From Geosiphon pyriformis uo1 (lineage: Eukaryota > Fungi > Glomeromycota), in NCBI GenBank assembly GCA_016748015.1, contig JAAOMT010000183.1, positions 180,052 through 244,051 on the forward strand: a stretch of DNA of 64,000 bases. The letters are read 5' to 3'. Under the pieces are notes generated by a model. That model saw only the letters and a program-made list of their open reading frames with translations. It searched no databases and had not been told where the DNA came from. A program made the translations under genes and the position numbers. Positions 53,501-64,000 of this stretch are shown here, piece after piece. Each line of letters begins with the position of its first letter. Position 1 is the first letter of the stretch.

Positions 53501-54212
53501 ACTAATAATATTCTTTTTAGATTTTATAAGCTTCATTTGAAACCATTATTTATATTAAGATACATTTACCCAGTAAAAATCGATTCTACTACATCCCATG
53601 TTTCGGCCCAAACTTCAGATGCTGGTGACCCCAATGCTGAAGAAAGAAAAATTAAAGATAGCGAGACAAAAAAGTTGAACCAATTGTGTTTTTTCTGACT
53701 AGGAATTTTTTCCTTACCATGTGGGTGTTTATTTTGCAATAAAGGGACGCAATCTAAAAAATTTCACCAAGAAATTACTATCGTCTTTTAAGTGGAAAGC
53801 TTGATAGTTGAAGTTCCCAACTTACATTGGTTATAGATTAATAAGTGTTGAGTCCCAAGGTAGATTGCATGTGGGCAAACTGAGCGAAGACAGAATGTCT
53901 ACAATGTGAGCAAAATAGAAGAGTGAAAATTTTCAGCCAAAAAGATAATTTCAATCTGAGCCATTAATATTTGGGCCAATAAATTTTCTAACAATTCATC
54001 TTAAGAGTTTATTAAATTTGCGATATTTGAAGCTGAAGAAATAGCAAATAGCAAATACACACCACAAGTGATTTTATGGAATCAGGCCAGGACTCCATAG
54101 GACCGAGTTCAGTTGCTGACCAGTCCATAGAATAAACAATCTCGATGACTGATGGTTCATTTTCAATAGGTTTCGAGATTTCCTTGTTTGCTTGAATTTT
54201 GCTAAACGACAT
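47523..54212 (-). CDS. double (tandem) hybrid sensor histidine kinase: PAS/GAF-like, HisKA-HATPase, REC, GAF, HisKA-(HATPase presumably in gap), pseudo-REC, REC
   Basis: About 17 or more GT-AG introns. MDWSATELGPMESWP N-terminus; H-box 1 FFQNISHELKTPLTL; NAFKHT, DTGVGIP, FQRFYR, EGTGIGLALVKEL; REC (LIVEDNADMR..LSDVMMP..KPF); H-box 2 LANTSHELRTPLGAIIG; terminal REC (EDNPINLK..LMDCAMPIMSG..KPL). Gap at 48847-49448. Confidence 0.95.
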
Positions 54213-56147
54213 ATATTCCTCAACTATAGATTGATTGTGAATAATTAATTGATTGATTCATTCATTCATTAATTCATTGATTCATACATTCATTTCTAGA
54301 AACACTTTAATGATTATTATGATTCAGAAAAATTCACCACCTTTAAAAGATTGAAACAAATTCTTTTCTGGTAGTTTTATCTTCTTTCATTGATATTTAT
54401 ACACCCTTCCAATATTTAATCTCAAAAATCATTTTATGGCGAACAAGCAATTTAAGAATTAATAATAATGAAAGCAATACAAACCGCACAATAATTTTCC
54501 TTTTCCTTTCTGTGGAAAATTCATATTTTCTTCCTTTAGCGGCTTATTTTTCAAAGCGAAAGAATGGTCGAGAGGAGTCCAGAACATTAATTTTTTTTGA
54601 ATGATATTTTGCTTTTGTATTTTTTAATTTACATGTAAGTGTAACCTCGGTATTGCATTTTTTGACAAGTGATTTTCGCTTTGTTTACTTTAAGATTTAC
54701 AGTTATTAATCTAAGAAAAAAACTGTCAGGAAATACATACAGGAATTTATGCAAGTATTTCAAGGCTCCTGCACAATTTTATGAATCTCATACGTTCAAT
54801 AACGCGTGGGCTTATTAAGGTTGTGCAGCATTTTTGTTTTAATTTTGGAATCAATTAGTGAAGGGTATGAAAATGGGAATATTTATTCCCTGAACATAGG
54901 AGGCTTGGGCGTGGAACGACAATTTTAGGAATGGGTTGTAACATTTACGGCTCAAATATTTTGGGTACTTACAAAAACACCTTACAAGTGAGCGATATTT
55001 GCCTAATATTAAACATACATCAAAAGTTTTATTATTTGCAAGCACAATTTCTTCGAGGCGATTTCAGGTTAAAACCTTTTAAAATATCCATCATGAAAAA
55101 ACAATCATAACAACAATTATGCTTTCCTATTGCCACTTCCCCATTAGCATCTTTAGGGGTGAAGGTTGTGACAGCCTTTATGCTTGTCACAATTATGTGG
55201 CTATTCAGATCGGGTCCTCTGGATTTTAAACTTGGACAAAACCGAGAAAACAAATATTATTGGATTTCATTTTTTAAGACCTACTTTTTATTTTGCCCTT
55301 AGAATTAAATATGCTTAATATTAATCTCTTGTAATGCATTTAATAAATGCACATTTGCCATTAGCCTTCAGAAATTCGAAATTCGGAGAAGAAAACTCTA
55401 ACCCAAAATAGTTTTATTCAAACTTTAAGTACTTGCAATAAACAATGATGTCTTTATATTGAAAATTTAATTACGTCCCAGGATCCACTTGATTGTAAAA
55501 ATATCCATTTGGAAAATTTCATGCACAACAAAAACATTTCAGTGTTCTTGTGATCCATTCAATTTCATAATTAGTTTGTGCAGTCCCATTTTTTTGACGT
55601 ATCAAAAGCAAATAATAACAATAAGCCAAAAGCGTAGTTGAAAAAAGGTTTTTCCCACACTTTTTTTTACGAGATTTCACCAAGTATAAGTTAGGAAATT
55701 ATAAATGTGAAAATTTAGATTTAAATCAGCTGCTGTTGTTTATTAAATATCCAATTTGTAATACACCTAAAAGGTATGCTATAAGACTCAAGTCGAATGT
55801 AAAAAAAACTTTAGGAGGATAATAATTAAAATTTTTCAGAGTTTTTCTTAAATCTGCAATGTAAGATGGAAATTAATGACATATTATTATAAATTCTAAT
55901 TTAAATTTTCAATTTTTTCAGTAGTACAAAAGTTTTTGAAATCATTATTTTTATTATTTAATAAATAATTGGTAATATTGATTTAGTAATAAGAGAATAA
56001 ACTTACTTACGACTATTTATTAAAAAATAATTACAAAAAATTTTTCTACCAAGTTATTTATATATTATAAAAAATATATTGTTACTGATTTGAATAACAC
56101 ATTAACAAATAGCAAAGTGGAACAAATATTGCATAACAAAAAATGAT

Positions 56148-56400
56148 CAAAGAGAAATTCAACTTGAAGAAGTGAATTAAATTTGTAGAAATTTAATGTG
56201 CAAGATCAGTCTCTTAAATTTCTTAATTATTATTCTTTCCAAAAGATAACAAAAGAATTTAAAGATTAAGAGATAGTCTGTACTGTCAATAAAAGATAAC
56301 ACAATTGCTATAATTATATGCCTTATATCAATGTTCTTATAATTTAATAATAGATATTATTGTGCTTTTTAATAAACATTTATTCAATATACTTTACAAA
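56148..56400 (+). repeat. degenerate dispersed repeat, copy B (similar to 28760-28990)
   Basis: Collinear similarity to copy A, judged by eye. Confidence 0.5.
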
Positions 56401-57874
56401 AGCTAAAAAATATACAAATCAAGAAAAGAAAAAGATATTATTGTATTGATATTTGTTTAAATTAATTGATCTGAGTGTAAATACTTTTTTATAGCTTTAA
56501 AAAGTCTTGTTTATATATTTTTAAAAAGAGATTAATGATTAAATTAGTAATCACATTAATAATTCAGTCAATAATTACATCAATGACTTTATTTTAAAAT
56601 CAGAAAAGCTAATACATGTAATTAAATATGATTAAATAATTAATATAAAAATTTCAACCATAACAATAACATTAAATGTTTATTAAAATCCAATAATTTT
56701 TTGGTTGTATAATTAAAAAAATGTAATTTTAAATTGGAATTGTGATATAGTTTAAAATTTTTCAAATTAAAAATGCATATTAAATTTTATAATTAAATTT
56801 ATAAATTATATTTTAGTATTTAAAAAAATTTACAAGGAAAATATTAAAAATATACACTAGATTTATATAATTATTCATAAAAAAAAGGAATTAAAAGTTT
56901 TAAATTTTATAAAAAACTTGGAAGTTTTTATTTAAAATAATTCTTTTGTAAACCATTTTTGAAAAAGGTTTTTTCATAACTCATTTCATTAGAAATGAAA
57001 TTTGGACAATGACTTTTAAATTTTCTTATATGTGTTATAAAAACTTCAAGAATCCATAAACCAATTTCAAGTTTAGAGATTTCAAATATGGAAATTTACA
57101 AAGACTCGAATTTTTAGATCTGATATATTATTTGGTTCGAGATACCGTCAAGAAAAGAAGGTCGTTTGTTTGACGAAAACAAAAAGTAAAAAAGTTGCTT
57201 TTGCGGTTTGCGATATCAAAAATGAATGTTTGAAGATTTTATTGATATAAAAAATATATTCCTTATCATTAATTGAAATAAAATCTTTACTTCCGAACAT
57301 TTATTTAAGGTTAACGGGCTAATAGTTTTTTTTATATTTCCCAAATCTATTTGACCTTTTAGCTTAAAGATACGTACCTCGATTGTGTTCTAAATTTTAG
57401 ATTTGTTGTATCAAACTCTTTAATTTGGTAAACTCATAAAAAGATGGGCGAAAACGAAAATTCTTGTTCAAAACTTAGATTTGACCATTTTTTTGCATTA
57501 TGTTTTTGGGAGCAACCCTCCCAGTATCACCCATCTCTGTAAGCATACATGCATAAAATTTTATTCCACAAAAAGTCAAATCTTATAACGAAAATATAAT
57601 TAACCAATTTTAGCTAGTAGAAACAGGGTTTCTTTCCATTCAATGATTCAAACTCATTTATTATTTATTATTTATGCAATCACCCAATTAAAAAGTTGTA
57701 ATACGTGAAAAAAAGATTAAACAATGTTTATTTCGGATTATGTTATAACAGGTAATCTGTCATACTAAACTACTTAAACGTGAAAAAATTGATAATTCTC
57801 AAAAGTTAAAAAAATCGTGAAGGAAAAACCGGCCAATAAGGGAAAGAGCAAATACATAAATTTCATCGGTTAAA

Positions 57875-59100
57875 ATGACTCTAGATATTAGTAACCGTGC
57901 CACCTTTGAATTCGATCTCAACAACATTGGAGTAATCACTAGACTTTACAGTCCGCTGTTTGCCACCTCCGATCGTCATTTTTGGCAACTTGAATTTGAC
58001 AAGGTTGGACCATATTGAATTGAGCGGATCAATCTTATTTTTCAAACTATTTTATACTTAGGTAAATCCAGAGTCCGTTGGTTACTGTGGATTTTATTTG
58101 CGAGCAATCACAAATGAAGAAGAAAAGAAAATTGAGTCAACTTGGGAACAAAGAAATATAATGCAAGTTACTTTATTTATCAAGGATAAGTATTTGATAT
58201 TAAAGAAGGCTTCATTAAAGAGAGAATTTACAACAAAGAGGACAAAAAACGGTATATAATGAAGACTTTATACCACATATTGGCTTTAAAGAAAGCCGCA
58301 AAACCTGACCGTCATTTTTTTGTGAAAAACCAAATCACAGGCAGCCCTAGATTTTGTAAAATTTCAGATCTTCCATTAAATATAACTCTCGGTGTTTCAT
58401 TCGAGAAAATTGAGCTGTCCGCCGAAAAAAAGCTCGTTCCATTTCCTAGCGCACCAATCCCCAAGGATCTTATCTCTGCCTGGAAGTCAGTTTTAAACAA
58501 TAGCGAATTCGCCGATATTCAGTTTATGGTGCAAGGCGTGCCTGTATATGCCATGAGTCCAATTTTGATTGCCCGTTCGGAATATTTTCGAGACATGTTT
58601 ACAGGAAGCTGGTCGGAATCGAATCAGACTGATTCTTATCATACCATTGAGGTGCCTGATTTTCATCCAAAAACATTCTTGGAAATGTTGCATTATTTAT
58701 ACACTGGACGTGTCAACTTTAAGAATGACCCATCTTCTTCTCATTATCCTGTTGCTATTTTCAGGTAGGCAATGCTCAATCTCTACATTTATTCGTGAAA
58801 TGTTTTTAATGAATTTTTTTTTTACTTGCTAGCATTGCTGATAAGTACCTGGTAAAAGAACTGCGTCAAATTGCCTATAAAATGATATCCGACCAATTGA
58901 CTATCAATAATTGCGCCGAGCTTCTATTTAAAACCGCATGGAAGTGGCCCGATTTGAAAGAAGACATTATAAAATATTTTGTGCGGAATTTCAAGGAAGC
59001 TTGTGAATCCGAAGGATTCAAGCACATAATATCCAATCCGGGAGATTATACCATGTTTTCTGAGGTTTTGGCTGATCTCTTCGCTGCTTTGAAATCCTGA
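57875..59100 (+). CDS. MATH-BTB/POZ (SPOP-like) cullin-3 adaptor
   Basis: ATG 57875 and three introns (about 58004-58061, 58253-58340, 58765-58832). MATH-like YSPLFATSDRHFWQLEF..CGFYL; BTB FADIQFMVQG..ILIARSEYFRDMF..WSES..FLEMLHYLYTG; IADKYLV; BACK-like tail. Confidence 0.88.
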
Positions 59101-61403
59101 ATTTCAGCTTTCCTATGGCTTGCTTTTTTATGAAAGTATATTTTTAATCGAAATGACTTGATATAAGCTTATAGGGCAAATTTTTAAAAACGGAAATATC
59201 CATCACGATAGCCTAAGCATTTTGCGTATCTTTTTGAACTTTTATAGAAATGATTTATAGTGCCTTGAGTAATTTCAATGCAGTGTAAGCCGAAAAATCC
59301 AAATTTAGTTTGGTTAAAAATTCGAATAAAGGATATATAGCTTTTTATAAAAGTATAAAACATGTGACCCTTGAAAATTCCAGTAATGGAAAACTTAAAG
59401 ATGAATAGTGCAACAAAAATAAGTTAGTAATAAAATAAAATGTTTTAAGATGAGAAAATGAGATGTCAACTTAAAATTTAAGGTTTTCATAAAATTAAAA
59501 GTAGACATCTGTTTAAATTGAGAATTCAAAAAATTACAAATCTTAAACACAAATACAAATATTCAAACTTTTATTTTACAAGTTTAAGTTTTATAATAAA
59601 TTTTTAACCTTTTTTTTTGTTTTATAATCAAAAATTAATATATAATTTTATTATAACTTCATATTTATAATATATTCATTTTATTTTTTCATTATTAAAA
59701 ACTTTTTAATAAAATAAATTTTCATTTTTTTTAAAATCTAACTATTGTTATAAATTTCTAAAAAAATTTCATGATAATTATAGAATAAGATATTTACCAT
59801 AATTAATTTAATTATTAGAAAGATGGATTGTATTTTTTAAAATGACATAAATAAGAATATTAAAAAGTTATTATAACCACTTATAAAAGATAATAAATTC
59901 ATTGCTTTTGATTTCTTATATTATGTATTTTTTATAAAAAAAAACTTATACTAAAAACAAAATATTATTAATAGCTTATAAAAAAGCCTTATAGTTTTTA
60001 AATGGAATAAAATTAATATTTTGGTCACTAATTTTAGTATTAGAAAAATAAATTTATAATTACTTATTAATTTATTTTGTGTATAATGTTATAAATGCCT
60101 AAATCTTTGAAATTAGTCATTCTCATTCAATTTAATTGATTATCAAGCTTATATTGGAAAAATAATAGTTTTATTTAAATTTTGAGCAAATTTCCTAACT
60201 AGTCATTCTTATAAGCAATTGAAATATTCAATTTTTGAACTGAACAACATTAAAGCAAAAAAAAATTTGTTTGAATCTTCTATTGAAGTATCGTTTATAT
60301 TTAATGTCGGGGAATTTCGGAATATTGTAAGAGTTTAACCAACCTATTTGAGGTATTAAAAGAACTTTTCAAGAATATATGACTAATTTTCTTTTTGAAG
60401 AAATTGGTCTATGGATTATTGGCAGGTTGGGATGGCTTTTTGTTTTTTTTTCATTTTCTTCAAATTAATGTTTATTACTCATTATTATTCTCACTTCTAT
60501 CTTATTGGAAGGTCTTTGGATAAAGTTAATTGTCAGCTTGTATTGTTATTATTATTAACAATACAAAAATATCCGGACTTGGGTGATGAATATGTACATC
60601 ACTGAAAACTTTGTATAATTTGTATATTTCCTTAGATTTCCCAGCATAGTAAATATTCATTAACGTAAAAGATTTTTATGGAGAACAACTATCTTGAGCA
60701 AACAATTATTTTGCAAAAAATATTGATAGGAATTTACTACTTCAAGAAGTCTTTTTTTTCATTAAACATGAATTCCTATAATCACTATGAACTTTCTTAT
60801 CAGCTAAGATCTTGATTCACTAAAACTATTTGCTTCATTGAAATTTCCTTTTTTGAGTTGATTCAAATTCCCTTTTTGATAATATATAGCTTATTGTGTC
60901 TTCCCTTTAATCGTATAATTATTATTAAATGGTTTACTCTTTTTTTTCGGCAATAGAGATTACATAGTTATTTAGAGAATGAGCCTGCGAACAATTAAAG
61001 CCCCATTGAGATAAATAATGATGCTCAAAATCAAGAACATGTAAAAAATATCTAACCTACAATATCCTTTGAAAATAAACGAGTATAGAAAGATGGTCCG
61101 AAAATAGTTTAAACATTCTCATTATTAATAGGCCTACACTTTACCCCAATCCTAAATGCGAAAAAACTTTGCTTGTTACTTTTAACTTTGAGGAAACGCA
61201 ATTTTCTTCTCAAAGACATCAAAGGTGTCGTAATCCTGATTCTAGAAACTCCCACCCCTAAACTTCTAAATGAATGACAAAATAGTGCCTATTGTGCTAC
61301 ATCCATTTAAATTGCCAATAAAAGCGATTCATTTAAGATTAAAATATATAATTAAAAAAATTTCGAGCTTTAATTTCGCCCTTTACTTCTTATTCTTTAA
61401 AAA

Positions 61404-62497
61404 ATGACTTCTCTATATTATGAGTCAAACAAAAAAAATTCAACCTTTGTAAAAAACCCTATTCCCCATTCCTTTATGAAATGTTACGCAACGGATATAC
61501 CAACAGAAATATTTGCCAATTTTTGTGAATTTCTTCCACCTCAGGATCTCTTTTCCTTAGTCCCTGTTTGTAAATCGTATCGAGATATTTTGTACGCTTC
61601 TAATTCTACAATTACCGAACAGATCTGGCGCAATTCACGGCGGACGTATTTTCCATCAATGATAGAGCCACCATTGGAAGGAATGAATGAAAGAGAGTAT
61701 ACTGTTTTACTCTTTCTACAAAGAACTTGCCAAGTTTGTGGAATGAGACGAGATGAAATGCCTGTTCCTCTTCATTGGGAGTTTAAAATCAGGTGTTGTG
61801 AAGAATGCTTTGAGAAAAATGTTGCCAGGTATGTGGAATTTTATTCAATCTAGTTTGATCTCAGGTTAAATTTGTTTTTATATTAATTTTAAATTAACGT
61901 TTCTATCTTCAAATTTTTTCTAGTCATGGGGAACTGATCAAAGAAAAAACTCGCCGCCCTCTTTTATCAACCCTACCCTATATCTCAAAAGATCGAGTAT
62001 CTACACACTTTGCAAAAAAAGCTTGGCCACAAAACTTGAAATCCAAAGTCTCCGACCCATTGACGTTAACTCATAATCGCTTACGCATTTACTGGCGTCC
62101 AGATGTTGAGAAACTCCTCAAAAGATTTCAAGCTTTGAAACCAAAAGAACGATCAATCTTCCCCGACCAAGAATCAAAAAATTTACTTTTAAAAATGCAA
62201 GATTTTGAGAAAAGACGACAAGCTTACACAATTGAGATGAAAGAAAAAAAGGAACTTGTCCGAAGAACCAGGTTTGCCCGAGAAATGGAGGCTTTTGAAA
62301 GGGAAAAAAATAGTGATGGTACCCCAAAATATCACTCACCAATGTTCGGGTATTGTCAGACGCATCAGAAACCCTTAAACTTTTTTATTTTCACCGAAAA
62401 AGATTGGGAGAATTGGAGACGACAGATGAATAAGGAATATTATTTGATGATGGAACGAGCGAATTCTTTTAAACCAATTATGTGTAATGCTTTGTGA
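61404..62497 (+). CDS. F-box protein with Cys-motif (CQVC..CCEEC) region
   Basis: F-box IPTEIFANFCEFLPPQDLFSLVPVCKSYR, IWRNSR and PPLEGMNEREY. Intron 61829-61923 joins in frame to ORF 62036-62497. Confidence 0.88.
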
Positions 62498-64000
62498 AAT
62501 TAGAAGCAGATAAAACTCTTCTCTTAAAAAATTTCTTATAATATCTCTTATAAAATTAAAAATTTTATAATCAAAATGGCCCCCTCCGAAACCCTATCAG
62601 CTAAAATTTTCTTAGATCACCAAAATAAACAAATTTGAATAAAATAGTCAAAATACCAAAAATCAAAATTATAGCATCAAAATTTTTTTATAAAAAAACA
62701 AAACCATATTTTTTACCAAATTGATTTCTTACTTTAAATTACATTTTCCATCAGAATGACTTAGTTTATTGGCTCAATTTTAAATATTTTTTGCAGTTTC
62801 TGCATTTCGTCTTTTGTCACAATAATGTGATTATTGTTTTATATAATTTAAAAACTAGAGTTTTTTCTTAATCCGAAAATTGCAACACTTTAAAAACATG
62901 AAATATAAAATAATTTACATAAAAAATTATACAGCTATTTCAAATAAAAAAGGTTAATTTATTTTTTCGACCATAATTTTTATGACATCATTTCAGAAAC
63001 ATTGGCCTATAAAATTAAGCATTGTTATCTTGCCCATTTTGTTTATTTTATTGCCCGCTTACAAATATTATTCGCGATCCTGTGATTTCTTTGTACTTTC
63101 TTACCTCTTTCTGCTTATAAACATTAATTTTCTCTACTTAGAAATGCAACTCAGAGCTTTCTAGCAAACTTCAAAAAATGACCCTCTTTTCTACCCATTA
63201 AGCATCCAAATAGCTTTGGAGTCTGGCACGCTCAAGGAAAAATAAGTGTTACACGAACTTTGGGCGAAGTTCGCCTTTATAACATAGAAAATCTCTTCTC
63301 AACTGTTAAAATTTTTGGATCCTGCAGCTATATTTACGCTTGAGGTTTGAGCCTATAACAATGATAGTAGCTTGAACAACAGAAACAACATTATAAACAG
63401 TTCTATCCTTCTTACTAAATCATCATTGATGTTGCCAGTGAAATTAATTTCAAAAAATCTGGCTTTAAAATCTTGGAATTCTCATGCCGAGTTTTATTCA
63501 CTTCTATATATCACATTAATATGTTTTTTTTTAATTGGACAGGTTGTGGTTGCTCATTGTAACCAATTCTGTCATTTTACATACAATATCTTTGAACACA
63601 TCTTTTATCTCAATGGCACAAAAATCATGGTGGTTTATTCTTAGAAAATAATGGATCAACCTTTATTATCACAGCTCAAAAGGTTGGCCAAAGATATACT
63701 TACAATTAATATTGTTTTTATTTGTTTTATGCAAAAATCAATGTAAGGGCATTGATAATAGAATGCAGAACTTCAGAGCAAAGTATATTGTTCAAAAATT
63801 AATTAACTGCTTAGAATACAAAAAATAAATAAAGTATGAGTCATTGTTGGTTTCTTTGATAAAAATATTCAAAAAGAGCATAATACATTAAATTATATTG
63901 GCCAATCATATTGAAAAAATAGATTAATATTCGGTCAATAAAAGATAGCTTCAAAAGCTGAAATTAAAAATACCCACTGTTATACTCTATAAGAAGTCTG

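Noticed and set aside
47523-54212. Bacterial contamination or recent horizontal transfer of the histidine kinase
   Set aside because: The gene has many spliceosomal introns and host-like base composition.

Overview
Strongly AT-rich, intron-rich eukaryotic DNA with three assembly gaps (1128-1185, 43884-44074, 48847-49448). The gene content points to an early-diverging fungus, probably Glomeromycotina/Mucoromycota; this is an inference from the TKL-type kinase with the WTSGN..IDKFI motif, the MATH-BTB, F-box and LaeA-like genes, and the dual hybrid histidine kinase. Gene models rebuilt by hand across GT-AG introns: a cluster of four 5-repeat Myb paralogs (one intact, three decayed), a TKL kinase, a SAM methyltransferase, a small RVxF-motif protein, a secreted and probably GPI-anchored alginate-lyase-family protein, a 10-exon FKBP12, an AA11-like LPMO, a partial RRM gene, centromeric histone CENP-A, a double hybrid histidine kinase, a MATH-BTB protein and an F-box protein. 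Intergenic DNA holds microsatellites and decayed gene and repeat remnants. Most notable: (1) the first intron of FKBP12 is 93 nt, in frame, stop-free and encodes a peptide that looks like a mitochondrial presequence, suggesting an intron-retention targeting switch; (2) the Myb paralogs share an N-terminus resembling a mitochondrial presequence, suggesting organelle-targeted Myb-repeat proteins under rapid birth and death. No tRNA, rRNA or CRISPR features were recognised.
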